This document shows, in pieces, positions 26,906 through 39,830 of a stretch of DNA of 64,000 bases. Source of the DNA: Mobula hypostoma. Lineage: Eukaryota. The notes under the pieces are model-generated. The model made no database searches. It saw nothing but the letters and a program-made list of their open reading frames with translations, and had not been told where the DNA came from. The stretch lies in assembly GCF_963921235.1 (NCBI RefSeq), contig NC_086109.1, forward strand, positions 26,042,001 to 26,106,000, written 5' to 3'. Position 1 is the stretch's first letter; every line of letters begins with the position of its first letter. Made by a program: the position numbers and the translations under genes.

Positions 26906-27560
26906 TAAAATGAAGTGTACAAAAGGGAGAGCATGCATATGATGAGATCATTTCGTTAAAACCATAAATTCACTTAAAGCAATGAAGTATAAATTAAAAC
27001 AGTACATTTAATTAAAGTAATATTTTCAATGATGGATTTGGTGGAGTCCAGGACCAGGACAGGAGGTCAGATGTGCAACATCAAGCCTCCCGTGTGATCC
27101 ATCCTTTTAAGTGGTAGGAAGTCTGGAACACCTGATGTGCAAACAGTTCCTTGGAAGCAGTTTTCCTCTCGTGAATTGTCTGTCCTTGGTGCAATGCAGT
27201 CCATTAACTAAATGGGACCTCCTTCAAAACAGTAATTCATAAGAGATTTTGATGAATTAAACTTCTTTCTCATATAACGTCAAAATTCTACGAGAATTTA
27301 ACGGGAAAGGAAAAATAAGCAACATTTCAGAAGGTTTTGTGGATTTCCTTTTGTATTGGGAAAGAGTATCAACTCCTAAGTGAAGGTTACAGAGTTCCAT
27401 CCATTTCAAACTCACATCTTTTCCTTGTGAAATGCATTTTTAAGTGAAGACACAGTATGGCAAAATGAATTCACTAGCTGTGCAAAGGAATCCTGAATTC
27501 TTAATAGATAAACCACAGAACAGAAATACAGTCAATATTCTTTTAACATAAGGAGATTGA

Positions 27561-28003
27561 TGTTGTGATTGGGAATGAAGTCACCAGAAGCTAGTGGATG
27601 TAGAAGTCTTTATACAGCCAAACAAGCAGGAATCATACTGGAGACACTCTTGAAAGAAGAGGCCTCCCTGACCCAATATTACATGATATTTTTATCTGCT
27701 AAAAATCAGAGGTAACAGCAGGATAATTCTTTTGTTACAGTGTATCCATAATGCTTCCTTTGAATTATGTATAGTTTTCATACACCTTGATCTTCACCAC
27801 AAGACATCTAGACACCTAAAAATGAATGTTAATCTCCACTGATTCTTGGTTGCATTCATGCATATGCAGATGTCGCAGGTCAGTAGGTGCTTCATAGTAT
27901 GCAATCAACCCCAGTCTGCATTTTAAACCCAATCCACATACAGATCTGAAGATTGGTTGCTGTTGAAATTAATATTTGCTCCACACCATAATTCCAGAAT
28001 ACA
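27561..28003 (-). repeat. 3' LTR of the ERV (U3 edge and PPT apparently lost)
   Basis: Aligns by eye with 35573-36060 (shared ctggagacactcttg, cccaatattacatga, aaaatgaatgttaat, gcattcatgcatatgca, gatctgaaga, gctgttgaaattaata). Ends TCACAACA on minus. Confidence 0.8.
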
Positions 28004-28537
28004 CCTTCTTGGCCCTACTGGACAAAAATAATTTTGATCCAGGAAAGGCCAAACTATAAGGGGGGGCGGAATCTAATCAAGTAGGGCAGCAAAAATGCCC
28101 CGTACTTCGGACCCCTTTCCCCAGTTACCTATCGTATCCCTATTTGCATCTACATCCCTAATGGCTACCTACAAGTCTCAGCAAAGCTTGTTCCAGAAAT
28201 TTGACTGTCTTTAAAATGCAGCTTTGTCATTTGTATGTCCGTTGCCTCCTTCCCTGGGGGCCAATTGCAGGTTAATCACATTCTTTATCTTCACCCTTTC
28301 ATTCTCTGATAGCTAAAACTGAGCCGTAGCTACCAGTGGTTACTCTCTGGTTAGGGGTACCATCAAGGTAAGTGTATCAGGCTCACAAGCAACAGTTCAC
28401 ACTCCATGCTCCATGCCATGACAAAGGATTATCAGAATGTTCATACCCCTTCATCGTTGAAGGACGGGTTGGAGTGGTCTCTATTTGAATGGCTGCATGA
28501 ACCTCACCCCGGCGGCACACCCTCCCAGAATGGCTAT

Positions 28538-29707
28538 TCATAGTCATAGTCATACTTTATTGATCTCGGGGGAAATTGGTTTCCGTTACAGTTGCACCAT
28601 AAATAATAAATAGTAATAAAACCATAAATAGTTAAATAGTAATATGTAAATTATGCAAGGAAATAAGTCCAGGACCAGCCTATTGGCTCAGGGTGTCTGA
28701 CCCTCCAAGGGAGGAGTTGTAAAGTTTGATGGCCACAGGCAGGAATGACTTCCTATGACGCTCTGTGTTGCATCTCGGTGGAATGAGTCTCTGGCTGAAA
28801 GTACCCCTGTGCCCAACCAGTACATTATGTAGTGGATGGGAGACATTATCCAAGATGGCATGCAACTTGGACAGCATCCTCTTTTCAGACACCACCGTCA
28901 GAGAGTCCAGTTCCATCCCCACAACATCACCGGCCTTACGAATGAGTTTGTTGATTCTGTTGGTGTCTGCTACTCTCAGCCTGCTGCCCCGGCACACAAC
29001 AGCAAACATGACAGCACTGGCCACCACAGACTCGTAGAATATCCTTAGCATCATCCAGCAGATGTTAAAGGACTTCAGTCTCCTCAGGAAATAGAGACGG
29101 CTCTGACCCTTCTTGTAGACAGCCTCAGTGTTCTTTGACCAGTCCAGTTTATTGTCAATTCGTATCCCCAGGTATTTGTATTCCTCCACCATGACCCCCT
29201 GGATGGAAACAGGGGTCACTGATACCTTAGCTCTCCTCAGGTCTACCACCAGCTCCTTAGTCTTTTTCACATTAAGCTGCAGATAATTCTGCTCACACCA
29301 TGTGACAAAGTTTCATACCGTAGCCCTGTACTCAGCCTCATCTCCCTTGCTGATGCATCCAACTATGGCAGACTCATCAGAAAGCTTCTGAAGATGACAA
29401 GACTCTGTGCAGTAGTTGAAGTCCAAGGTGTAAATGGTGAAGAGAAAGGGAGACAAGACAGTCCCCTGTGGAGCCCCAGTGCTGCTGATCACTGTGTCGG
29501 ACACACAGTGTTGCAAGCACACGTACTGTGGTCTGCCAGTCAGGTAATCAAGAATCCATGACACCAGGGAAGCATCCACCAGCATCGCTGTCAACTTCTC
29601 CTCCAGCAGAGCAGGGCGGATGGTGTTGAATGCACAGGAGAAGTCAAAAAACATGACCCTCACAGTGCTCGCTGGCTTGTCCAGGTGGGCGTAGACAAGG
29701 TTCAGCA
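28538..29707 (-). mobile_element. Young Rex1/Babar-type LINE, RT 3' half, nested in the ERV
   Basis: FFDFSCAFNTI, GAPQGTVLSPFLF and KKGQSRLYFLRRL; tail (actatg)n at 28538. Confidence 0.9.
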
Positions 29708-30139
29708 GGTCACTGGCCCAACCACTGAAAGGGCCCAGCTTATTTGTATTCACTCCCCATTCAGGCTGGAGTGACTGCCTTCAGATGCTGTGTGTAATTT
29801 CTTCTCTTTCTCAGTCTGTCATACCATTGAAGATATGAAACCTGATGTCTCTGCTGTAACTCGAATCCTTTCCTATTTATTTTCCCCAATATTTTTTCCA
29901 TTCTGAGCTATGCAACTAATCATCTACCTTCAGCAACTAGCCTTCATTACAGGGTACAGTTACTTTAGCATGCTGTTCATGGCCACTCTCTCTCTCAGCA
30001 TCTTCTGCTTTTGCATTTGCTGTGGGTCAGGTGTGGTCAGAACTGATGCAGCAGGCTGGCGTTCAACAGTTCTCTGCCATGACCCTGTAATGGGGTACAA
30101 CTGATCTCTCGCTCTACCTGCGAGGGTGACAAGCAGAGT

Positions 30140-30560
30140 CAATGGTTGAACCTGAGTCCAGTGTTTCCACTGGCTGCCTCACCACGACTGTACGCAGGTG
30201 TCATTAGTCCGGAGAACCACCTGTGGTCCTATCCACCTGGAAGCAAAATCTGACTTTTCAGGCGTCTCCCTTGCCATGACTTGGTCACCTGGGAGAGGAC
30301 TATTTTCTCTCCCTTGGGCTCTCTCTGATCTGAGATATTTTGTTGCTGCTTTGTTTGATCCCTCAACGTGTTATCCTGGTTGCAGTGGACCATCACATTT
30401 CCATGTAATTTTACGAAACTGGCATTTGTAGTTTCTATTTCTGTTGTTTCTTGTTCTCCTGCTGCCCTCCATTTCTGCTCCTTACTATCCCGTTTCTGGT
30501 GAGCCTTTACCGTAATCACCTTTGGCAGCGGCACTACGTCTAACAACCCCTGACTGTACT
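30140..30560 (-). pseudogene. Retroviral pol relic: RNase H C-terminus and integrase C-terminal domain
   Basis: LLDVVPLPKVITVKAHQKRDS at about 30480-30560 (RNase H KAH motif). PGDQVMA...SRWIGPQVVLRTNDTCV...WKHWTQV at 30140-30300 (integrase C-terminal RWxGP and WxH motifs). The integrase core between them is missing. Confidence 0.75.
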
Positions 30561-30602
30561 TGGTCCTAACCCTTGGGACCTCCTGACAGGATTCCCACAC
30601 AT

Positions 30603-31228
30603 ATAACCATATAACAATTACAGCACGGAAACAGGCCATCTTGGCCCTTCTCGTCCATGTCGAACGCTTACTCTCACCTAGTCTCACCGACTTGCACTCA
30701 GCCCATAACCCTCCATTCCTTTCCTGTCCATATAGCTGTCCAATTTAACTTTAAACGACAACGTCGAACCTGCCTCAACCACTTCTGCTGGAAGCTCATT
30801 CCACACAGCTACCACTCTCTGAGTAAAGAAGTTCCACCTCATGTTACCCCTAAACTTTTGCCCTTTAACTCTCAACTCATGTCCTCTTGTTTGAATCTCC
30901 CTCACTCTCAATGGAAAAAGCCTATTCATGTCAACTCCATCCAATTTTATCCCTCACTATCCTTTTGCTATTAATATAACGGTAGAAACCCTTGGGATTT
31001 ATTTTCACCTTATATGCCAAAGCAACCTCATATCTTCTTTTAGCTTTTCTAATTTCTTTCTTAAGATTCTTTTTACATTTTTTATATTCCTTGAGCACGT
31101 CATATTCTCCACACTGCCTATATTTATTGTAGATATCTCTCTTTTTCCAAACCAAGTTTCCAATATCCCTTGCAAACCATGGCTCTCTCAAACTTTTAAC
31201 CTTTCCTTTCATCCTAACAGGAACATAA
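30603..31228 (-). mobile_element. CR1 with large internal deletion, nested in the ERV
   Basis: The 3' end (TRGHEL...NFFTQRVVAVWNELP) is joined near 30940 directly to the pre-RT segment (KKEIRKAKRRYE...NPKGFYRYI). Confidence 0.85.
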
Positions 31229-31269
31229 AGAATAAACAAGTGAAATTTGTCATCTACTATATTTCATTA

Positions 31270-31790
31270 GGAGTTTGAGGAGAATTGGTACCAAAGATAC
31301 TAGCAAATTTCTACCGATGCTCCCGGAAGAACATTCTAGCTTGTTGCATGGAGGGGCCACTGCACAGGATCAGAAAAAGCTGCAGAAAGTTTTAAACTCA
31401 GCCAGCTCCATCACGAGCACTAGCCGCCCCAGCATCCAGGACGCCTTCAAAAGGCGGTGACTCAAAAGAAAGTGGCGTCCACCTTTAAGGACCCCCATCA
31501 TGCAGGGCATGCCCTCTTCTCATTGCTACCATCAAGGAGCCTAAAGTTACACAGGCAATGATTCAGGAACAGCTTCTTCTCCTCTGCCGTCAGGTTTCTG
31601 AATGGACATTGAACCCATGAACCTCAGTATTTTGTTTTCTCTTTTTGCACTGCTTACTTTAATTTTATATATGAAAATAAATAAATTATATTCAACTGTA
31701 ATTTATAGTTTTTATTATTAGGTAGTGCATTGTGCCACTGCAAAACAACAAATTTCTTGACAAATTCCAGTGATGTTAAACCTGATTCTG
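31270..31790 (+). mobile_element. Rex1/Babar-type 3' fragment
   Basis: GGATAQDQKKLQKV motif; tail aaacctgattctga. Confidence 0.7.
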
Positions 31791-31881
31791 AATTCTGAAA
31801 TTCTGAGCAACCAACCCAACCCAAGGATGTGCCGGAGGCAGCCCACAGGTTTTGTCAGACATTCCCACAGTGCTCAGCAGA

Positions 31882-32345
31882 ACAATCAGTGTTCGTCCAT
31901 CGTCGACGTCGATGAGGACCTCAACACCAGATAGTGTCGAGACTAGCGCGTGATTTGGATTTAAGTGAGGGAGAGTTGCGCAGCGTCAGCCTCACTCTCT
32001 CTTCCCAATTCCCATCTGGATCCAGTGGCAAGACAGAGTCGAGATGGCTGGAGATGGGACTAGGCACAGTGGATGACCAGGACGTCTTCTGTGTCTTGTC
32101 CTGCTCTACAAGTTCCACGACGCTTGCAGAAACCGCCTTCTTGACCGTTGGACCTTCCATTGGTCTCGTCCGCTCAATCCACCGGAGTCTGTCTTCACAT
32201 GCAGGGATAGACAACTCCCTATCTCACTGAGGGTTTGAGACCCATCGGCTACCCTCACCTGGTTTAGCCGGCTCGTCGAAGCCGTTGCCCAGCGTGTGGC
32301 TGCTGTCACATACAAACAGCTACGGGGAGCCACAGGTGAGAACTC
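31882..32345 (-). mobile_element. CpG-rich young non-autonomous retroposon (RTE-like)
   Basis: Abrupt CpG-rich block inside the ERV with RTE-type terminal motifs and no credible ORF. Family assignment is tentative. Confidence 0.5.
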
Positions 32346-32439
32346 TCCTCCCTGCTCGGGATTGCTGTCTCTCTTGGCCTTCTTAGCTACTCTGTGCTTG
32401 CATATGATTGCTGTCCCTGTCCTGTCCATGTTATTTCTC

Positions 32440-32686
32440 CCTTTTCCTGAGTCTATGATAGCACCTGCCTTACTTGGTGTGTCTATTCCCAGGATGTTTC
32501 CCCTTCATTGTCTGGACACACCCAAAAATCTACAGGAAGCTGCACTCCCTCAATCTCAATTACATGGGGCCAACTTCTCTCCGCCCTCATTGTTTCACCT
32601 CCTGCACTGGTAATGTAAATCACCTCTCCAGTCGTGGGCAAGGGTAGGTCAGTTATTGATACTGACAATCCTGCGTCCACAAGCAT
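32440..32686 (-). pseudogene. Retroviral aspartyl protease relic
   Basis: MLVDAGLSVSI (decayed LVDTGAxxS), flap-like IYITSAGG, and after a frameshift NILGID...GAIID. Confidence 0.75.
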
Positions 32687-32889
32687 TTTACATTACCAGC
32701 CCCCTAATAAACCTCTTGTGTACTTCTGTGGATACCCACTACTGGCAACCGAGGCTGCTGCCAACCTGTTTGACTGATCTCTCCAGCTCTATAATCTACT
32801 CGGCAGTCAAATCCAAAAGATGGGGTGCTGCTATGGATTCTGCCTGCTTCGGTGAGTAATTCTCACACCTTCCTGTCTTTCGATCCTGA

Positions 32890-33862
32890 TCGATGTTACA
32901 GAACCTGGACCTCAGCACTTCTCTCTGCAATTGGATTCTTGACTTCTTAACTGGAAGACCACAATCTGTGCAGATTGGTGATAATATCTTCTCCTTGTTG
33001 ATGATACAACCGTTGTTGGTAGAATCTCAGATGAAGATGAGAGGGCATACAGGAGCAAGATATACCAGCTTGTTGAGTGGTTTCACAGCAACAACCTTGC
33101 ATTCAATGTCAGTAAGACGAAAGAGTTGATTGTGAACTGTAGGAATGGTAAGACGAGTGAAAACAAGCCAATCCTCATAGAGGGATCAGAAGTGGAGAGA
33201 GTGAGCAATTGTAAGTTGCTGGGTGTCAAGATCTCTGAGAATCTAACCTGGTCCCAACATATCGCGGCAGCTATAAAGAAGGCAAGACAGCAGCTATATT
33301 TCATTAGGAGTTTAAAGAGATTTGATTTATCAAATAAAACACTTGAAAATTTCAATAGATGTACTGTGGAGAGCATTATGACAGGTTGCATCACTGTCTG
33401 GTACGGAGGGCTATTCCACAGGACCAAAAGAAGCCACAGAGTGTCGTAAAATTAATCAGCTCCATCTTGGGTACTAGCCTTGTAGTATCCAAGATATCCT
33501 CAAGGAGCAGTGCCTCAAAAAGGTGACCCCCATCACCTAGGACATGCCCTCTTCTCATTGTTACCATCAGAAAGGAGGTACAGAAGCCTGAAAGCACATA
33601 CTCAGTGATTCAGGAACAGCTTCTTCCCCTTTGCCATACGATTCCTAAATGGACATTGAACCCATGAACACCACCTCACATTTTTTTAATATATATTATT
33701 TCTGTATTGCACAATTTTTAATCTATTCTATATAACTGTAATTGATTTACTTATTTCTGTTCTTTCTTTCTATATTATCATGTATTGCATTGAACTGCTG
33801 CTGCTAAGTTAACAAATTTTACGATACATGTCAGTGATAATAAGCCTGATTTTGATTCTGAT
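32890..33862 (+). mobile_element. Rex1/Babar-type LINE fragment nested in the ERV
   Basis: [16 protein letters not shown] and KKARQQLYFIRSLKRF; (ctgatt) tail. Confidence 0.85.
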
Positions 33863-34455
33863 CCTTTTCAGGACACTTCCTCCACCCATAGCCTGAGAGG
33901 CCACGGCTCTAAAAAACCCCTTCCCTTACCCTTTCACATCTATTCCAGCAGTTCCTTATTAGGTGCCCTGTTTGTTGGCTAGTCCTCTGTGATGTCACAA
34001 ATTCTCCATGATGTCACAGCAGCTACATCATGACAGCTACTTTATGACTTCTCTTCCCCCTCCTTAGTCCATCTCACCAGCCCATGATACTATCACAGAA
34101 CAGGTCAATCCCACTGCTATACCCAAATCTAAAACTTCCTGCTGAGCTGTGCTCAGGCATTCCTTCAGCATTTTTAGACTGGGCCATTCCTCACTGGATT
34201 ATCTAACCCTGAATACTCCTCAAACGATTGATAGGTACATTCTGCATAATCCATGGTTGGCTCATCAGCTCGCTGAAGCACTGACATTATCGTTCCCCAA
34301 TTACTCTCGCCTCCCTCCAAGTCACTGCTTCATATCCCCTTGAAAGAAGTGATACCTCTTTTCATTGCTGTCATTCCCAGTAGTTGCCCATGTACCACCC
34401 TGCACTCCTTGGGTGATACTATCCCACATATTCCTCAGGCACTTTGTTTTTACCA

Positions 34456-34732
34456 ACACATATACACATACATACATATACATGCACATATACATACATA
34501 CACACATACATATGTACATACATACATGTATACATACATACATATACATACATACATATACATACGTATACATACACGTGTATACATACATGTATACACA
34601 CATACCCATACATACACACATACACATACACACACACACATATACACACACACATATACACACATACACACACACACACACACACATATACATATATACA
34701 CACATTCACACATACACACATATACATATATA
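34456..34732. repeat. (CA/TA/CATA)n compound microsatellite
   Basis: Directly visible. Confidence 0.95.
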
Positions 34733-35327
34733 TTTTTTGGGGGGGTTCGCATCTGGTGAACTTCAATCATTTCCTCAAGCTTGCACCAGAATTCTGAATT
34801 CCCACAAGTGATTTTAAGTGAGAGCAGCTCTGACAAATGCTCCGCTTCTTCCTAGAAGTGAAATACTTATGGATGGTCATAATCAAGTCCAGGGCTGGCT
34901 CAGATTGTCACGGTTCTCGACCTGATGTTGCCTGACTGCAATAGCTGCCAATCCAATGGATATATCTGGGTATAACCTCTCTATCAAATATCTCCACACT
35001 AATTCCCACACTACAGAAAATATAAATGATGGATAAAGATTAACCAGTATATATTTAAAACAACAGTGTCTACTCTGCAATTTGCCATCTATGTATGTCT
35101 GAACTCATAATGCCTCTTGTACGCCTTTGTATTTAAAACAGTTAAAGCAAAGTTACAGACTTATTCTTAAGACACACAAACACACTTGCAAATGTGAATG
35201 CTACAGTACAGTTCCCCGAACACATATACACACACCCTACTGGTGTCCCAAATGGTCAATAACCACTCTTCGCAACTAGTGGCCTTATCTCATCAAATTA
35301 CCTGAAAATGTCTGGTCTCTTACATAA

Positions 35328-35336
35328 ACACACATG

Positions 35337-35391
<55 letters not shown>
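35328..35391. repeat. (CA)n microsatellite with a short (CG)n
   Basis: Directly visible. Confidence 0.95.
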
Positions 35392-35552
35392 CGCTACTTT
35401 TATACCTACCAGTTCAGCTGTCTGCCATGTTCATGATACTTCATGATCCCATTGTCACCAACCTGAACAGATCCAAGTCTGTGTGCTAATCTTAAAGATA
35501 CTCACCCATTTACACTGCTGAAATTGCTGGCCACACGATGGGTCATGAGTGA

Positions 35553-35570
35553 ATCCTGGATGAGCCCCCA
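35553..35570 (-). promoter_or_regulatory. Primer binding site, tRNA-Pro
   Basis: Minus strand TGGGGGCTCATCCAGGAT versus canonical tRNA-Pro PBS TGGGGGCTCGTCCGGGAT: 16 of 18 match, both mismatches are CpG to CpA decay. Confidence 0.9.
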
Positions 35571-35572
35571 AA

Positions 35573-36090
35573 TGTTGTGACTGTGAACGAAGTGTCCGGA
35601 GAGACACTGAAGCTGGTGGATATAGAAGTGTTTGTTCACTCAAACAAGTAGAAATCACACTGGAGACACTCTTGGAAGATAAGGCCTGCCTGGCCCAATA
35701 TTACATGACATTTTTTATATGCTAGAGATCAAAAGTAGCAGCAGGACAATTCTATAGTTACAATGTATCCACAGTGCTTCTTCCTTTGAATTACATATAA
35801 TTTTCAAACATCTCAATCTTCACAGCAAAGCTTCAGGCACCCAAAATGAATGTTAATACCCACTGACTCTAGCTTGCATTCATGCATATGCAAACATCTC
35901 TGATCAGTGAGCATTTCTTGGTTTGGAATCGATCCCAATCTGCAGCTCCAAGAACACCATCGTTCTGAGCTGCATTTTAAAATCAATCTACAATCCACGT
36001 TCGGATCTGAAGACTGACTGCTGTTGAAATTAATACTTGCTACACACCATAACTGCAGAATATGCCATAACTGCAGAATACGCCATAACA
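35573..36090 (-). repeat. 5' LTR of the ERV
   Basis: Minus strand starts TGTTATGG and ends TCACAACA; TATA-like GCATATAAAAAA near 35715; PBS begins 2 nt downstream. Confidence 0.85.
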
Positions 36091-36269
36091 ATTTAGATCT
36101 GTGTTGCAATATAATGATTTTGATTTTCAGTGATAGATGATAACTCTCCATGGTGATAAATCCTTTCCCTAGTGAGAATTATTGTGCCTTTAATTTGAAA
36201 TTTGATACCAGCAGCCATTTAAGAGGGAAACAAACATGTAATGCCTCAGCTGCATGCCTCATGCTTCAA

Positions 36270-36645
36270 GATCAGAATCGGAATCAGTATCAGTATCAGA
36301 TTTAATATAACTGGCATATGTCATGTGATTTGTTGTTATGCAGCAGTACATTGCAATACATAATATAAACATTATTATTGTAAATTACAGTATTGTGTAA
36401 TCAAACAGTTAAATTAAATAAGTAGTGCAAGAGGAGAAAAAAGGTGACAAGGTAATGTTCATGGGTTCAATGTCCATTCAGAAATCTGATGACAGAGGGA
36501 AGAAACTATTCCTGAATCATTGAATGAGTGCCTTCAAGTTGCAGTACCTCCTCCCTGATGGTAGCAATAAGAGGGCTGTCCTGGGTGATGGGGGTTCCAA
36601 ATGATTGCACACTGCCTTTTTGAGGCATTGCTTCTTGGAGATGTC
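36270..36645 (-). mobile_element. Rex1/Babar-type 3' end
   Basis: (atcaga)n tail and reverse of LPSGRRY...FRNSFFP. Confidence 0.7.
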
Positions 36646-37520
36646 AATCAAATTAGTTATTCAGATCTGATGAAGAGAAAAATGTAAAAATCAAAATTCT
36701 ATAGACTCAACTGTGCTTTTTTAACCTGTGTGATCAGTTTGGTTTCTTTACCATTGTGAATTTTGTTCATAAGGGTAGCCGCCTTTGAATATTCAGTAAA
36801 ATACAATCATGTGATGACTAAATTAGTGAAGAAACAATTTAACTGATGATAGCATCACCACACGTGCACAAAAAAATTGTCAATTATACTTAAAGATCCT
36901 ATCAAGTCAAAAAAGAAAATAATAAATTGGACGGCAAGATCATGAGACTTTGATTTAAGGTGTAAGATCCATTTACTTTTGGTGTAAAGCCATTAGATTT
37001 AATGCAGTTTCAGTTATAGCCAGTTCTTTACTGATGGCTATCCATGTACTGTTTAAGATGGTTGCATTTCAGTTTGAACATTGTGACTGTGAAAAATTTG
37101 ATTTTGAATTACTAATGGGAAATAGAAATATATTTTGGATTGGTCTTCACAAGCAAAGACACTAAATTTATCCCAATAATAATAGACAAGCAAGATGATA
37201 TAAGGAGGCAGGAACTGAATATCCTAGGCAGCAGTGACGATGTGTCTTGCAAGTGAAATTGTAGTTCGCAATTTTTGAGGAGGAGAACAAGAGTCTGCAA
37301 AAGGGTAGAGATAGGCTGAGTGGCATGGAACTACTTTGGAAGGCAAAAGGGCTTACTGTTATTTAAATGAAGTGTATCTATAAAATCTTGCAGTTGAAAG
37401 GCATCTGGGCTCCAGTCTATGAAATTCTTCCAAGGGCCATGGATCTCAAAAAAAAGAGGCATTGAATATATTATTGGCAGAGATTGAATTCTAAGGTAAT
37501 GAAATGTGTGTGTAATATAT

Positions 37521-37860
37521 AAAAGGGAGGGAGGGGGAGGGGAGAGAGGTGAGGGAGAAAGGGAGAGGGGGAGAGGGAGGGGGAGAGGGAGGGGGAGAGG
37601 GAGGGGAGAGGGGGAGGGGGAGGGGGAGGGGGAGGGGAGGGGGAAGGGGGAGGGGGAAGGGGGAGGGGGAGGGGGAAGGGGGAGGGGGAAGGGGGAGGGG
37701 GAAGGGGGAGGGGGAAGGGGGAGGGGGAAGGGGGAGGGGGAGGGGGAAGGGGGAAGGGGAAGGGGAGGACGAGGGGGCGAATGAGAGAGAGAGGGGAGGG
37801 AGAGGGGGAGGGGGAGAATGGAGGGAGAGAGAGAGGGGAAGAGTGGAGAGGGGGAGAGGG
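37521..37860 (+). repeat. Polypurine (GGGGGA/GGGGAA)n tract
   Basis: About 340 bp of almost pure G/A with dozens of G4-G5 runs. Confidence 0.95.
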
Positions 37861-38369
37861 TAGACACACTCTCATCCAAACATCTCCAACGATACCAGTT
37901 TCTCAAGACTACATGTTAATAGGTTTGCAAAATCAATTCAGATTTAATAAATACATACACACAAGCACAGGTATCTTTCACTTCAAGTCAAGGCATCCTC
38001 CACCCAGAGGGAGTGTCTAAGACATCACTTGGCTGAACACTGCTGAAAAGTTCCATCTGTAAGAGGCCCAGCAACGTCTCACCCATGCTCCTTTAACAGC
38101 GCTTACAGCCAACGTTTACCAGATAGAAGGGCAAGGGCAGAAGATAAAATATTCTCCTCTTGAACCACAGACTTGGTTCAACCTTGCTTGTCACAGTGCT
38201 TGGTTCTGGAACTATCCATCCAGCAGCACTGCAGGTGCATCCCATTCACAGTAGTCATTCATGCTATCAACTCAATATTCAAAGTGGTAATAAGAATGAC
38301 CAAAAGTAAAATAGACATCCCAAGAAATAACTATCTGAAATAAACACTCCATTAATACTGACAACCTTG

Positions 38370-39830
38370 TAGAGTCATACAGCAATACAGTGCAGGCACA
38401 GTATTTAAGTCCGTGCTGACAATGGTGCCTCTGTTCCATTATACTCACTCATGCCCGATCATGTATAGTAGGTCTTAGGTTGGCCTAACTTTCAAATATG
38501 CACCACCTTACACTTATCTGTATTGAAATCTATTTGCCACTCTTCGGACCACATGCCTAATAGAGGTTATCCACAAACTTACTGATTAAGCCTCTTGAAT
38601 CCATATCCAAATCATTTATATAAATGAAAAACAAAGGTCCCAACACCAACTCCTGTGGCACATTATTAGCCACTGACCTCCATTCTAAGAAACAACTTTC
38701 ATCCATCACTCTGTGCTTTCTACCTTCAAGCCAATTTTGAATCTACCTAAGTCTCGCTGGATTCTGTGGGTTCTAAACTTCCAGACCAACCTACCATGCA
38801 GGACCTTGTTGAAGTCCAAATAGGCAACATCCATTGCCCTACCCTCATCTAACCCTTTGGTTACTACAAAAAAAAACTCTAAACAAGTTTGCCAAACATG
38901 ACTTCTCACACACAAAGCCATGCTATCTCTTCCTCATCAGACACTGTCTATCCAAATACGAGTAGATCCTGTTCCTCAGAATTCCCTTTCTTAATTTTCC
39001 CACTTCTTATGTCATGATAACCAGTCTGTATTTTCTTGGCTTCTCTTTGCTACACTTTTTAATAACTAAGCAAAAGTAGCCACCTTTCAGGTTTTTGGAA
39101 CTTAGCCAGTAGCTCACAAAGAACTAACTATCTCTACATGATCCCTCAGAAAGTCCAAGGATGTACTCAATCAGGCCCTCAGGATTTATCCACTTTAATG
39201 TGCTGTAAGCTGCAAATATCTCCTCCCTAATAATATGAATGTCCTGCAAAACGTTTCTAAGTTTCCCTTATCTCTTGAACTGCCATAATTTTCTGCTCAG
39301 TAAACACCAAGCAGAAATGTTTGTTAAAACCCCCAGCCATCTCCTGCAGCTCAAGCCCTGCAGATCCCTAAGAAGCCTGCTCTCTCCCCAGCCACCCTCT
39401 TTCCTCTGAATATAGCCATAAAAACTCTTGGGGTTTTCCTCAATCTTACTTTCCAGATCCAACTCATACCCTCTCTTTGCAACCCTTATTTCCCTCTTAT
39501 GTACTGTATTCTTAATCTTTTTATAGTCATCAAGGAACTCACTCATCACTAATCTCCTAATACCCAATTTCTGCTTCTTTCTTTTTCTGGGTCTAGATAT
39601 CTCTCATCAGTCAAGGTTCCCTAAATTTGCAATGTTTACCCTTCACTCAAACAGGAACATGCTGCTCTTGGTGACTTGCCTTCACACTCTTAAATTTACC
39701 ATTCATTTCTTTCCATTTAAACAGGCTCACCCAATCAACCTTTGCCAGAACCTATCTAATTCCCCCCAAATTAGCCCTGGTCCATTTTAGGACTCTATCC
39801 TATCCCTTTCCCTCACTATTTTAAAACTAT
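38370..39830 (-). mobile_element. Old CR1 LINE with deletions
   Basis: DEGRAMDVAYLDFNKV and KREIRVAKRGYE...ENPKSFYGYI motifs. Confidence 0.8.

Larger units (their letters stand above)
27561..36090 (-). mobile_element. Decayed endogenous retrovirus (provirus) with nested LINE insertions
   Basis: Two diverged direct repeats, with termini TGTT...AACA in the complete copy. tRNA-Pro PBS. Protease, RNase H and integrase C-terminal relics in retroviral order. Flanks attga/attta (4 of 5 match) as a possible TSD. Confidence 0.85.

Noticed and set aside
28680..29753. ORFs resembling proteins sometimes labelled ALKBH8-like or DUF1891
   Set aside because: They are RT and C-terminal parts of a Rex1/Babar LINE with many relatives in the window.
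34322..34836. Six overlapping His/Thr/Tyr- or Val/Cys/Met-rich ORFs
   Set aside because: They are translations of a CA/TA microsatellite.
37331..38020. Pro-rich and Gly/Glu/Arg-rich ORFs
   Set aside because: They are translations of the polypurine tract.
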